64,000 bases of DNA from Myxococcales bacterium (GTDB lineage Bacteria > Myxococcota_A > UBA9042). The stretch spans positions 31,040 through 95,039 of the forward strand of contig JBBISH010000008.1 in the NCBI GenBank assembly GCA_037441385.1, in the 5' to 3' direction. Shown in pieces: positions 18,628 to 28,352 of the stretch; position 1 is the first letter of the stretch, and each line of letters opens with the position of its first letter. A program made the position numbers and the translations under genes. Below the pieces are notes generated by a model. That model was given only the letters and a program-made list of their open reading frames with translations, was not told where the DNA came from and made no database searches.

Positions 18628-19383
18628 ATGTCTCGTACCCCGGTCGTCGGCGGCAATTGGAAGATGAACTTGACGCTTGGCGAAGCCGAAGCCCTGGCCA
18701 GCGAAGTGCGCCACCGCCTGGGCAGCTACCCGGGCGCCCAGACGCTGATCTTTCCGCCTTTCCCGTACTTGCAGGCCGTAGCCAGCCGGTTGGGCGACAG
18801 CCCGATCGGCCTGGGCGCCCAAGACTTGTGGTACGAAGGCAAGGGCGCCTTCACCGGTGCCGTCTCGGCGTCGATGCTCACCTCGGTGGGCTGCAAGTGG
18901 GTGCTGATCGGCCACAGCGAACGGCGCCACGTGTTTGGCGAAAGCGACGAGATCATCGCCAAGAAGCTGCGGGCTGCGCTGCACGCCGGACTCAAGCCGG
19001 TGCTGTGCGTGGGAGAGACCCTGCAAGAACGCCAGGCGGGTCAGACGTTTGCCGTGTGTGGGCGCCAACTGCGCACGGCGCTGTCGGGCCTGTCGCGCGG
19101 TGACCTGGAGCACCTGGTGGTGGCCTACGAGCCGGTGTGGGCGATCGGCACGGGCTTGGTGGCCAGCCCCGAGCAGGCCCAGGAGGTCCATGCCGACATT
19201 CGCGAGCGCGTGGGCGATCTGCTGGGCATGGACTTTGCCGGCAAGCTGCGCATCCAGTACGGCGGCTCGGTGAAGTCGAGCACCGCGGCGGGTTTGATGG
19301 CTCAGCCCGACGTGGATGGTCTGCTGGTGGGCGGCGCCTCGCTGCAGGCCGAGGAGTTTGCGGCCATCGTCCGCGCCAAGTAG
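18628..19383 (+). CDS. tpiA: Triosephosphate isomerase
   Basis: GNWK, GHSERR, AYEPVWAIGTG, YGGSV. Confidence 0.97.
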   Translation: MSRTPVVGGNWKMNLTLGEAEALASEVRHRLGSYPGAQTLIFPPFPYLQAVASRLGDSPIGLGAQDLWYEGKGAFTGAVSASMLTSVGCKWVLIGHSERRHVFGESDEIIAKKLRAALHAGLKPVLCVGETLQERQAGQTFAVCGRQLRTALSGLSRGDLEHLVVAYEPVWAIGTGLVASPEQAQEVHADIRERVGDLLGMDFAGKLRIQYGGSVKSSTAAGLMAQPDVDGLLVGGASLQAEEFAAIVRAK

Positions 19384-19395
19384 ACCGGGACACCC

Positions 19396-19424
19396 TTGAG
19401 GTTTTCGCCATAACCCTGTAAGGT
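19396..19424 (+). promoter_or_regulatory. Possible sigma70-type promoter for secG
   Basis: TTGAGG-N17-TAAGGT in an AT-richer gap. Confidence 0.3.
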
Positions 19425-19483
19425 TTGGCCCCCCGGGTGCCCGCCCAGCGGTGGCCCCTGGCCGGCAAATTTGGAGAATTCAA

Positions 19484-19942
19484 GTGCTTTACTCGCTCGC
19501 CGTCGCTCTGTACGTCATCGTGTGCCTGTTCCTAGTGGTCGTGGTGCTGCTGCAGCCCGGGCAGGTCGGTCGCCGCGGCGGTGGTGGCGGCGTGTTCGGC
19601 GCCGGCTCGTCCACGGGTTCAGTCTTTGGCGGCCGCGGCGCTTCGACGGTGTTGTCCAAGGCCACCACGATCGCGGCGGCCTCGTTCATGGTGCTGTCGA
19701 TCGTCCTGGCCCGCGCCGGTTCGGATCGCTCGTCGGTCGAAGGTGCGGCCCAGAGCGTGCTGACGCCCAAGGCCGCTCCGGCTGGCAAGCCCATCGACAA
19801 AGCCCCCGCAAAGGCTGGCGATAACGCGGCTCCGGCGGCTCCTGCGGCCCCCGCGCCGGCGGCTCCGGCTGCGCCCGCGGCTCCGGCTCCGGCCGTTCCC
19901 GCCCCGGCTGCTCCGGCCGCGCCCGCTCCCGCCGCGCCCTAA
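19484..19942 (+). CDS. secG: Preprotein translocase subunit SecG with an Ala/Pro tail
   Basis: Follows tpiA; VVLLQPG..FGAG..VFGGRGASTVLSKAT; two TM segments; GGAG RBS. Confidence 0.9.
   Translation: MLYSLAVALYVIVCLFLVVVVLLQPGQVGRRGGGGGVFGAGSSTGSVFGGRGASTVLSKATTIAAASFMVLSIVLARAGSDRSSVEGAAQSVLTPKAAPAGKPIDKAPAKAGDNAAPAAPAAPAPAAPAAPAAPAPAVPAPAAPAAPAPAAP
19826..19939 (+). repeat. Low-complexity (AAP/AP)n coding repeat in the SecG C-terminus
   Basis: [38 protein letters not shown]. Confidence 0.8.
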
Positions 19943-19993
19943 CTCCCCTCCAATTCACGGGCCGCGCGTGCCCCGGGCGGCCGCAAGGCTGCC

Positions 19994-20830
19994 ATGTCGC
20001 ACACCCAGCTTGCCCACCTGGTCAGCGAAGCTTTCGCCGACCGCAACCTGTTGCACGATCGCCGCCACGCCGACGCCGTCTTGGAGACGATCGGGCTGCT
20101 CGATCACGGCCAGCTGCGCGTCGCCGAGCCGATCGCTCAAGAAGACGGCTCGCAGCAGTGGCAGGTCAACGCCTGGGTCAAAGAAGCCATCCTGCTGTAC
20201 TTTGCGCTTTCGCCGCTGCGACAGCTGGAAGCCGGCGCGCTGGAATTCCACGACAAGATCCCCACTAAGCACAACCTGCTCGCCCAGGGCGTGCGCGTGG
20301 TGCCGCCCGGCGTGGCGCGCTACGGCAGCTTCTTGGAGCCCGGCGCGATCTTGATGCCCGGCTACGTGAACATCGGCGCCTACGTGGGCACTGGCACCAT
20401 GGTCGACACGTGGGCCACCGTCGGCTCTTGCGCCCAGATCGGCAAGAACGTGCACCTGGCCGGCGGCGTGGGCATCGGCGGCGTGCTCGAGCCGCCTTCG
20501 GCGCGGCCCGTGATCATCGAAGATGGCTGCTTTGTCGGCTCGCGCGCCATCGTGGTCGAAGGCATGCACATCGAACGCGAGGCAGTGATCGGCGCTGGCG
20601 TGGTCTTGACCTCGTCCACGGCGATCCTGGACGTCACCGGCCCGGAAGTGGTGGAGTACCGCGGCCGCATCCCTGCGCGCTCGGTGGTGATCCCGGGCAC
20701 CCGGACCAAGCAATTCCCGGCCGGCGAGTTCGGCGTGCCTTGCGCCCTGATCATCGGCCAGCGCAAGGCCTCGACCGACCTGAAGACCAGCCTGAATCAG
20801 GCCTTGCGCGACTACAACGTCGCGGCCTGA
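19994..20830 (+). CDS. dapD: Tetrahydrodipicolinate N-succinyltransferase
   Basis: WVKEAILLYF, DKIP, MVDTWATVGSCAQIG, GGVLEP. Confidence 0.95.
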   Translation: MSHTQLAHLVSEAFADRNLLHDRRHADAVLETIGLLDHGQLRVAEPIAQEDGSQQWQVNAWVKEAILLYFALSPLRQLEAGALEFHDKIPTKHNLLAQGVRVVPPGVARYGSFLEPGAILMPGYVNIGAYVGTGTMVDTWATVGSCAQIGKNVHLAGGVGIGGVLEPPSARPVIIEDGCFVGSRAIVVEGMHIEREAVIGAGVVLTSSTAILDVTGPEVVEYRGRIPARSVVIPGTRTKQFPAGEFGVPCALIIGQRKASTDLKTSLNQALRDYNVAA

Positions 20831-20836
20831 TCGGCT

Positions 20837-22192
20837 CTACTTCGGCGAGATCCGGTCAAACGGCAGGTACGGCAGCAGCGCCTTGGGCATGGTGATCGAG
20901 CCATCGGCCTGCTGGTGGTTCTCTAGCACCGCGATCAGGCCGCGCGACAGCGCGATCGCCGTGCCGTTCAGCGTGTGGGCAAAACGCGGCTTGCTGTCGG
21001 CGTCGGGCCGGTAGCGGATGTCCAGGCGGCGCGCTTGGAAATCGGTGCAGTTCGACGTCGACGTCACCTCGCCGTAGTCGCCGCGACCGGGCATCCACGC
21101 CTCGATGTCGAACTTGCGGTAGGCCGGGGCACCCAGATCGCCCGAGGCGATGTCGAGCACCCGGTACGGGATCTCCAGCGCGGTGAACAATTCCTCTTCG
21201 ATCGCCAGTAGTTCTTCGTGGTGCTTGTTCGAGACGGCGGTGTCGCCCTCGCAAAAGACGAACATCTCGACCTTGGTGAACTGATGCACGCGGTACAGAC
21301 CGCGCGACTCGCGGCCGGCGGCGCCCGCTTCGGTGCGGAAGCAGTGCGAGATGCCGGCGATCTTGATCGGCAACTGTCCAGGTTCCAGCAAGTTCCCCGC
21401 CAACATGCCGCCAATCGTGATCTCGGCCGTGCCCACCAGGCACAGGTCGTGGTTCGCCACGCTGTAGACCTGCGTCTCGGCGCCGCGCGGGTTGAAGCCA
21501 ATCCCTTCCAAGATCGACGGCTTGGCCAGATCCGGCGTCACCACGGGCGAAAAGCCTTTCTTGACCAGCAGATCGATGGCAAAGCGCTGCAGCGCCAGGT
21601 CCAGCAGCACCATCTCGTTCTTTAGGAAGTAGAACTTCTGCCCGGCCACCTTGGCGCCCGCCTCGAAGTCGACCAGGTTCAGTTTCTCGGCCAGGACCAC
21701 GTGGTCCAGCGGCTGGAAGTCAAAGGTGCGCGGCGTGCCCACCCGTCGCAGTACCCGGTGATCGTCGTCGGTGTTGCCGATCGGCACGTCGGGGTGGGTC
21801 AGGTTCGGCAGCTGGCTGGCCAGGGCGTCCAGGTTGCTGTCGAGCTCGGTCACCTGCTGCTCCATCTCGGGGGCCAGCGACTTGATCCGGCGGCCGATAC
21901 CCACCAGCCACGGCCGGTCCTTGGCCTGGCAGTCGGTGGGCTCGAACACGCCCAGGGCAGGGCGCAACCACTCGGGAATCAATGCGAACAGTTGAAGATC
22001 ATCGATCTCGGGCTTGCCGGTCTGCTTGGCGATCAGGTTGCCGACCATCCGCAGCTCTTCCAGCCGGGTCAGCACTTGGTTGCGCGACTGATAGGCCGCC
22101 ACGAGCCCCGGGACGTCGCCCTTGGCGTTGCGATTGACAATATTTTTGGCGACTTCGTCGGCGTTGGCCACCACGAACTTGATGTCGAGCAT
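20837..22192 (-). CDS. serS: Serine--tRNA ligase
   Basis: MLDIK, GTAE, CFRTEAG, YRVHQFTKVE, SNCTDFQARR, HTLNGT. Confidence 0.96.
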   Translation of the reverse strand: MLDIKFVVANADEVAKNIVNRNAKGDVPGLVAAYQSRNQVLTRLEELRMVGNLIAKQTGKPEIDDLQLFALIPEWLRPALGVFEPTDCQAKDRPWLVGIGRRIKSLAPEMEQQVTELDSNLDALASQLPNLTHPDVPIGNTDDDHRVLRRVGTPRTFDFQPLDHVVLAEKLNLVDFEAGAKVAGQKFYFLKNEMVLLDLALQRFAIDLLVKKGFSPVVTPDLAKPSILEGIGFNPRGAETQVYSVANHDLCLVGTAEITIGGMLAGNLLEPGQLPIKIAGISHCFRTEAGAAGRESRGLYRVHQFTKVEMFVFCEGDTAVSNKHHEELLAIEEELFTALEIPYRVLDIASGDLGAPAYRKFDIEAWMPGRGDYGEVTSTSNCTDFQARRLDIRYRPDADSKPRFAHTLNGTAIALSRGLIAVLENHQQADGSITMPKALLPYLPFDRISPK

Positions 22193-22288
22193 GCTGTCCT
22201 CGGGCGCGGGTGCGGGTTCGCGCGGGGGCAAAAGACTACACCAACCCGACTGCGGCTGCACCAGGGGCAGCTTTGGCGGGACGGGTGG

Positions 22289-23080
22289 CTATTGACCCAG
22301 GATCGGTTGCAGCCAACCCGAAATCTGGGCCCGCTGATCGAATACGCCAAGCCAGGCCGTCCCGCGCTCGCTGCCGCGGATGACCGTGCGAACATGGGCC
22401 AGACCGCGCGACAATTCGTCGATGGCATTGCCGGCGTCGTCGGGACCGGCCAGCAGCACCCACTTCTTGGCGGCGCTGGCGTGCCAACTGCGGTCGTCGA
22501 AGCCATCGCGCCGGCCCAGCGGGTCCACGGCTACCACGGCCAAAACGCGCGAATCCGCGCTGACTTGCAGCGCCGCCTCGCCCGCCCGGCCCGAGCCCGC
22601 CAGCACCACTGGACGGCCGTCGGCGGGGAGCGCCGCCAAGACCGCCTGCAACTTGCTCTGCAGTTCCGCGCGTTGGGTCGCCCGATCCTGGCCAACGGGA
22701 GTGGGGTCCGCGGCCAGCAGCACCACGGCGATGTCGCGATGGGTCCACAGACTCTTGACCAGCGGGCGCCAGACCTGGGGATCCCCGCCGGCCTCGCTAA
22801 CGGCGACCAGCCAGGCGGTCCCGCGGCGCTGCGGCGGCCAGACCTCGCCGCGCAAGTTGCCGACATTCCAAGGCGAGCCCGCCACGAAATCCGCAGCCTT
22901 GCGCTCGACGAACGGCGGCTCGCCCGTGGGCGTGGCGGGTTCCGGCAGCACTTCTGGCGTCAGGATGTGATGCACGGGCTCCGGGGCTGGCGGCGGCGCC
23001 GAGCCCTGCCAGAACCAGACCACCGCGCCGACCGCAGCCAGCGCCCCCAACCCGATCCCCATGCGCTGCAACGTCGTCAT
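22289..23080 (-). CDS. Membrane-anchored degenerate alpha/beta-fold protein
   Basis: N-terminal TM, Pro linker, then PVVLAGSGRAGEAAL and VLAVVAVDP in hydrolase-like order. Confidence 0.5.
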   Translation of the reverse strand: MTTLQRMGIGLGALAAVGAVVWFWQGSAPPPAPEPVHHILTPEVLPEPATPTGEPPFVERKAADFVAGSPWNVGNLRGEVWPPQRRGTAWLVAVSEAGGDPQVWRPLVKSLWTHRDIAVVLLAADPTPVGQDRATQRAELQSKLQAVLAALPADGRPVVLAGSGRAGEAALQVSADSRVLAVVAVDPLGRRDGFDDRSWHASAAKKWVLLAGPDDAGNAIDELSRGLAHVRTVIRGSERGTAWLGVFDQRAQISGWLQPILGQ

Positions 23081-23230
23081 GGGCCCATTTTGGCGCTGCG
23101 GCGGTCTGGCTGCAACCCAGGGCCCAGCTTGCGGGTGGGTTTGGGGCCCGTACGCTGCGGATCGTTTGGCCAATGCCACCGCCTTCTGGCAGACTGCGAG
23201 CAGCGCTACTGCGCGTCCGCGTGCCTGCCT

Positions 23231-24154
23231 ATGGTCTTGACCCGCCTTGCCGCTTGCCTGCTGTTGGCCGCTGCCGCGACCCTGGGGGCGGTGGGCTGCG
23301 GTGTCAGCGCCGGCAGGGCGGCCACGGTCGACGCTGCTGCGGCCGACCTGCCGATCGGCGGCGCTGCCGATGGCGTGGGTACGAGCGACCTGGGCGCCGA
23401 CGCGTCGAGCACTCCCGCCGACACCGCGCCGCCTGCCGACAGCGCCACGCCGGACTTGGACGCGACCGGAACGGCCGGCGACGTTACCGAGTGGATGGAC
23501 GCGAGCGCCGATGCTCAGGCGGATTCTGGGGGCGCAGGTGGCGATTCGGCCGGCGATGTCGCCGACGCCGCGATCGATGCGGGCCCGCAGGTCTGTTTCC
23601 ACGGTGGGCCGCCGGCGGCCGATGCCTGGGTCGCCGACGTTCCAGCGCCCACCGCCGTCTGCAGCGAGGTTGCTCCCCCAGAGTGGTTCGACGGCCAGGC
23701 TGTGCCGGCGCCGACCTTGAACCTCCAAGTCGGTTGGCGCGACAAAGCGGGCACTTGGCACCCCTACAACAACGGCGATTGGGTGCCGCTGCTCACGGCC
23801 AACCAAGGCGGATTCCACGTGGAATTGGTGCCAGTGGTGATGCTCCCCGGTCAAACCGCCGCTGTGCAGGGCCTGCAGTTGCAGTCGTTCACGCTCTTTG
23901 GTTGCGACCAGATCGGCAACGCCGCGACTGCCATGAGCACCTTTGTCCAGACGGCCGGGCCCGAAGGCGAGTACACCCTCGACCCAGCCAAGCAGGTGTT
24001 TACGATATTTGGCACCGGCATTGGAAATATCGATAAATACTGTGGAATCTGGATTCACGTTTACTGGCGGGTCCGCGTCAAGGGCACCAACCAGTGGGGC
24101 GAAGCAGTGCGTCTGCTGCGGACCTACAATTCGTTACCAGAGACCAAGAGTTAG
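23231..24154 (+). CDS. Lipoprotein with an Asp/Ala-rich linker
   Basis: Lipobox AVGC, acidic linker, globular C-terminal domain (NQGGFHVEL). Confidence 0.65.
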   Translation: MVLTRLAACLLLAAAATLGAVGCGVSAGRAATVDAAAADLPIGGAADGVGTSDLGADASSTPADTAPPADSATPDLDATGTAGDVTEWMDASADAQADSGGAGGDSAGDVADAAIDAGPQVCFHGGPPAADAWVADVPAPTAVCSEVAPPEWFDGQAVPAPTLNLQVGWRDKAGTWHPYNNGDWVPLLTANQGGFHVELVPVVMLPGQTAAVQGLQLQSFTLFGCDQIGNAATAMSTFVQTAGPEGEYTLDPAKQVFTIFGTGIGNIDKYCGIWIHVYWRVRVKGTNQWGEAVRLLRTYNSLPETKS

Positions 24155-24294
24155 CTGATCCGCACGCCCACTTGCAGCCGGCTTGGTGCGTTTTGTCGAC
24201 GGGCATGGCCGGCAGGCGCGGCGTCGATCGCCGTCGGGGGCGCCAGTGCGGCTAATTGCGGTATTCGCGACAGGAATTTGCAGTCGCGCTGCAT

Positions 24295-24324
24295 TTGACA
24301 CTGCGAGCGAGGGAATGGTACCGT
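24295..24324 (+). promoter_or_regulatory. Possible sigma70-type promoter
   Basis: TTGACA-N18-TACCGT with an extended TG, upstream of GGAGGAG and ATG 24351. Confidence 0.4.
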
Positions 24325-24350
24325 TGCCATGACCTCTGTGGGAGGAGATC

Positions 24351-26426
24351 ATGCGTCTTCGTTCGGTGAATTCTTCGTGCTTGCGCGGCTCTATGCCTGA
24401 TTCCGCGACGGACGGCGTCCGAGTGCTCCGTGCGCGGACGAGCCATCGTCTGGGGCGTTCGTCGGCTTGGTTGGCTGCGCTGCTGGCGGCCGGGTTGCTT
24501 GCGGCCTGTGGCGACGATCCGGCGACCGTGGCCGGTTCGACGGCGGACACCTCGGCGAGCCAGGACATCGACGTCGCGGTGGGTGGCACGGATGTGCAGT
24601 CGCCGCCGGATGTTGCGGCGGATACGGCCGACACGGCCGACGCCAACCCGCCGGATGTCCAGCCCGATGTGCAGCCGGACGTGACGCAAGATACCACCGA
24701 CACCACCGGCGGTTGCCCAGGTGGTGCCGGCTGCGCCTGCGCCGACGACAGCAAGTGCGACGGCGGCAAGTGCATCGACACCCCCGACGGCAAGAAGTGC
24801 GCCAAGGCGTGCGCGAAAATCGAGGACTGCGGCAGCGGCTACACGTGCGCCTCGCTCGGCAGCACCGATGCTACCTCGTACTGCGTGCCCCAGCACTTGT
24901 CGATCTGCTCGCCGTGCAACACCAACGCGGACTGCCAGGCGCAGGGCATCCAAGATTCCTACTGCCTGGACTACGGCGCGGCCGGCAAGTTCTGCGGTGG
25001 CGCCTGCACCTCGGACAGCAACTGCCCTGGCGGCTATGCCTGCAGCGACGTCAAAGAAGGCTCGGTCAAGCAGTGCAAGCTGAAGGACACCGCCGCCACC
25101 TGCGAGTGCAGCGCCTGGGCCAAGGCCAAGGGCGTAGAGACCACCTGCAGCGTGACCAATGACCAGGGCACCTGCACCGCCAAGCGCAAGTGCGGCGACG
25201 CCGGCCTGGACGCCTGCAAGGCCAAGACCCCCGCGGCCGAGACCTGCAACGCCGACGACGACAACTGCGACGGCAAGGTCGACAACCTGGCGGCCGACTT
25301 CACGTGCTTCAAGAAGGGCTTCCTGGACGCCGGCAGCAAGGCCGCCTGCACCAAAGACGCCGACTGCACCGCCGCCGGCGAGGCGTGCGACGAGGATGCC
25401 AAGGTCTGCAAGACCCTGATCGGCAAGTGCCAAGGCAAGCCCCAGTGTGGCAGCAGCGGTGCGCTCATCTGCGCAGACGCCGCGATCCCCACCCAGGAAA
25501 TCTGCGACGGCAAAGACAACAACTGCGACGGCGCCATCGACGAAGGCTTTACTTGGAAGAGCCCGGTCGACGGCAGCGAGGTCAAGGTCGGCACGGCCTG
25601 CGGCGTGGGCCCCTGCGCGGGCGGCACCGTGCTCTGCAAGGACAATCTGACCGCCGTGTGCACGTCGTACTCCAATGCTGCCAAAGAAACCTGCGACGGA
25701 GCCGACAACGACTGCAATGGCCAGACCGACGACGCCGCGTGCGACGACAGCGACGCGTGCACGGTCGACGCCTGCGACGCCGCGGGCAAGAAGTGCAGCA
25801 ACACCGCCAAGGATTGCGCCGACACCGATCAGTGCACCGAGGACAAGTGCGACAGCAAGACTGGCGACTGCAGCCACCCGCAATACAACGGCTCGTGCAG
25901 CGACGGCAACGCCTGCACCCTGGGCGACGCCTGCGGCGCGGGCGCCGGCGGCAGCTGGGTGTGCATGTCGGGCGGCACCGCCGACAAGTGCGACGACAGC
26001 AACACCTGCACCGACGACAGCTGCGACCCTGGCACCGGCTGCGTCCACAAGCCCAATGCCAACACCACGCCGTGCTACACCGGCAAAGACGGCACCCAGG
26101 GCGTGGGCACTTGCAAGGGCGGCAACTACGCCTGCGCCAGCGGCCAGATCGACAAGACCAAGTGCGTTGGCGAAGTCACCCCCGCGGCGAACGAGGCCTG
26201 CGACGGCTTGGACGACAACTGCAACGGTCAGACCGACGAAGGCTGCAAGCCGACCGCCGTCACCGTGACCTTCTCGTCGGCCTATGTGTCGGGCAACACC
26301 GGCACCGACAAGAAGCTGCAACTGCTGGTTGGTCCTTCGGGCCCAGTCGGTGCGGCGGCGGGCACTGGTCAGTACAAAGTCAACTTTGGGTTCCTGGCTT
26401 GGCTGATGCAGCTGATCGGCAAGTAA
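24351..26426 (+). CDS. Cysteine-rich repeat lipoprotein (myxobacterial type)
   Basis: Lipobox LAAC; four ExC(D/N)xxD(D/N)xC(D/N)GxxD repeats; several CxDx(D/N)xCTxDxC repeats. Confidence 0.85.
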   Translation: MRLRSVNSSCLRGSMPDSATDGVRVLRARTSHRLGRSSAWLAALLAAGLLAACGDDPATVAGSTADTSASQDIDVAVGGTDVQSPPDVAADTADTADANPPDVQPDVQPDVTQDTTDTTGGCPGGAGCACADDSKCDGGKCIDTPDGKKCAKACAKIEDCGSGYTCASLGSTDATSYCVPQHLSICSPCNTNADCQAQGIQDSYCLDYGAAGKFCGGACTSDSNCPGGYACSDVKEGSVKQCKLKDTAATCECSAWAKAKGVETTCSVTNDQGTCTAKRKCGDAGLDACKAKTPAAETCNADDDNCDGKVDNLAADFTCFKKGFLDAGSKAACTKDADCTAAGEACDEDAKVCKTLIGKCQGKPQCGSSGALICADAAIPTQEICDGKDNNCDGAIDEGFTWKSPVDGSEVKVGTACGVGPCAGGTVLCKDNLTAVCTSYSNAAKETCDGADNDCNGQTDDAACDDSDACTVDACDAAGKKCSNTAKDCADTDQCTEDKCDSKTGDCSHPQYNGSCSDGNACTLGDACGAGAGGSWVCMSGGTADKCDDSNTCTDDSCDPGTGCVHKPNANTTPCYTGKDGTQGVGTCKGGNYACASGQIDKTKCVGEVTPAANEACDGLDDNCNGQTDEGCKPTAVTVTFSSAYVSGNTGTDKKLQLLVGPSGPVGAAAGTGQYKVNFGFLAWLMQLIGK

Positions 26427-26441
26427 GGGATTGATCTTCCT

Positions 26442-26483
26442 GAACGCCGCTGCGCCAAATCGGACAGCGGCGTTCGGCATTTT
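26442..26483 (+). terminator. Intrinsic terminator-like hairpin
   Basis: GAACGCCGCTG-N12-CAGCGGCGTTC followed by GGCATTTTT. Confidence 0.6.
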
Positions 26484-26495
26484 TGAGTACCGGAC

Positions 26496-28352
26496 ATGCT
26501 GACACGCGAACAATTGCAGGCCAAGCTCGACGAGCGGGTGCTCGTCTTTGACGGCGCCATGGGCACCGAGCTGTACGAGCACGGCTTTACCTTTGACAAG
26601 GCGTTCGAGGGCTTGAACCTGACCCAACCCGCGGCGGTGCGGCGCATCCATCGCGCCTATGTCGACGCGGGCGCGGCGGTGATCACCACCAACAGCTTTG
26701 GCGCCAACCGGTTGCGGCTGCTGCGCTCGGGCCTGCAAGAGCAAGTGACTGAGATCAACCGGGCCGCGGTCGCCCTGGCGCGCGAGGCAGCGTCGGTGCG
26801 GCCCCCCCACAACCGCCCGCTGGTGGCGGCGTCGATCGGACCGCTGGGGCAGCCGTTGGCGCCCGTGGGGCGGCTGCCGCGCGAAGTAGGTAAGTCGGCC
26901 TTTGGCGAGCAAATTCGCGCGCTGGTCGGCGCGGATCCCGACTTGTTCATCCTGGAGACCTTCTCGGACCTCAGTGAGCTGCAGTTGTGCGCCGAGGCGC
27001 TGACCGAGCTGGCCCCGGGTTGCGCGTTCGTGGCGCTGGCTACGTTTACCGACGACGGCAAGACGCTCTTTGGCCACAAGCCCGAAGAGGTGGTCCGCAC
27101 CATGCTGGCGGCGGGCGCGGCGGCGGTGGGGGCGAACTGCTCGACGGGCCCGCAGGGACTGGAGCCGGTGCTCGAGCGGATGCGCAAGGTGCCTGGGGCG
27201 CGCCTGTACGCAGCGCCCAATGCGGGCATGCCAAGGCTGGTCGACGGCCGCTATGTGTATGTCTCTACGCCGGATTATTTTGGCGAGTGGGCGGTGCGCA
27301 TGGCCGACTCTGGCCTGCGCGGCGTGGGCGGTTGCTGTGGGACCAAGCCGGCCCACATCGCGCGGATGGTCGATGCGGTCGGTGTGCGCGCGCCAGCACA
27401 GCGGACCACGGACTCCGGCGTCTTTGAAGTCCGAGAAAATACAGAAGAGACTGGCATCGTCGTGCCCGTGGAAGCGCTGTCGACCTTTGACGCCAAGCTG
27501 GCGGATGGGCGCTTTGTCGTGTCGGTCGAGCTAGATCCGCCGCGCGGTGTGGACGCCGACAAGTTGGTGCACGGGGCGGTGGCGCTGAAGCAGGCGGGCG
27601 TCGACGCCATCAACATCGCCGATTCGCCGCTGGCCACGGCGCGGATGAGTCCGTTGGCGCTGGCGGTGTTGATTCGTCAACAAGTGGATATCGAAGTCCT
27701 TTTGCACGTGTCGTGCCGCGACCGTAACCTGCTGGGGCTGCTGAGCGAGTGCATGGGCGCGCACGCGCTGGGCATGCGGCACATGCTCTGCGTCACCGGC
27801 GACCCGCCGTCGCTGGGCGACTATCCCGGCGCCAAGGGCGTGTTCGAAGTCGACTCGATCGGCCTTGTCGACACGCTGCAAAAGCTCAACCGCGGTCTGG
27901 ACGCCAACGGCAAGGCCCTGCCGTTCACCGCCAATTTCCGCATCTCGTGTGCGGTGAACCCAACTGCGGTCGACCTGCCCAAAGAGATCGATCGATTCCA
28001 TCGCAAGGTCGACGCGGGCGCCCAGTATGCGCTGACCCAGCCGCTGTACGATCCGGCCGATCTCGAGCGTTTCGTCGAGCTCGCCAAACCGACCATCCCG
28101 CTTTTGGTCGGGGTGCTGCCGCTGCGCAATGCCCGCCACGCCCACTTCATCCACCACGAAGTGCCCGGCATGGCCATCCCGCAAGCGATCCGCGACCGCA
28201 TGGGCAAGGCCGGCGAGCGCGGACCCGAAGAAGGCGTAGCGATCGCTCGCGAATTCATCGAGACGGTCCGCCGCGGCATCGCCGGCACCTACCTGATGCC
28301 GCCCTTCAACAAATTTGAAATGGCAGTGGATGTGTTGCGGGGGATTCTCTAA
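26496..28352 (+). CDS. yitJ: Bifunctional homocysteine S-methyltransferase / methylenetetrahydrofolate reductase (YitJ-type)
   Basis: DGAMGT, GANC, PNAG, GGCCGT, then VELDPP, CRDRN, TGDPP, TQP. Confidence 0.9.
   Translation: MLTREQLQAKLDERVLVFDGAMGTELYEHGFTFDKAFEGLNLTQPAAVRRIHRAYVDAGAAVITTNSFGANRLRLLRSGLQEQVTEINRAAVALAREAASVRPPHNRPLVAASIGPLGQPLAPVGRLPREVGKSAFGEQIRALVGADPDLFILETFSDLSELQLCAEALTELAPGCAFVALATFTDDGKTLFGHKPEEVVRTMLAAGAAAVGANCSTGPQGLEPVLERMRKVPGARLYAAPNAGMPRLVDGRYVYVSTPDYFGEWAVRMADSGLRGVGGCCGTKPAHIARMVDAVGVRAPAQRTTDSGVFEVRENTEETGIVVPVEALSTFDAKLADGRFVVSVELDPPRGVDADKLVHGAVALKQAGVDAINIADSPLATARMSPLALAVLIRQQVDIEVLLHVSCRDRNLLGLLSECMGAHALGMRHMLCVTGDPPSLGDYPGAKGVFEVDSIGLVDTLQKLNRGLDANGKALPFTANFRISCAVNPTAVDLPKEIDRFHRKVDAGAQYALTQPLYDPADLERFVELAKPTIPLLVGVLPLRNARHAHFIHHEVPGMAIPQAIRDRMGKAGERGPEEGVAIAREFIETVRRGIAGTYLMPPFNKFEMAVDVLRGIL

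Noticed and set aside
19943..19993. tRNA-Leu often found after secG
   Set aside because: The gap is only 51 nt, with no cloverleaf or T-loop.
26427..26495. SAM/SAH riboswitch upstream of yitJ
   Set aside because: The gap is 69 nt and holds one simple hairpin; I recognised no aptamer consensus.
24252..27356. 1034-aa minus-strand ORF and similar long ORFs (6222-9020, 41467-43284, 43067-44932, 16284-18131)
   Set aside because: Antisense shadows of well-supported genes, expected at high GC, with no recognisable motifs.
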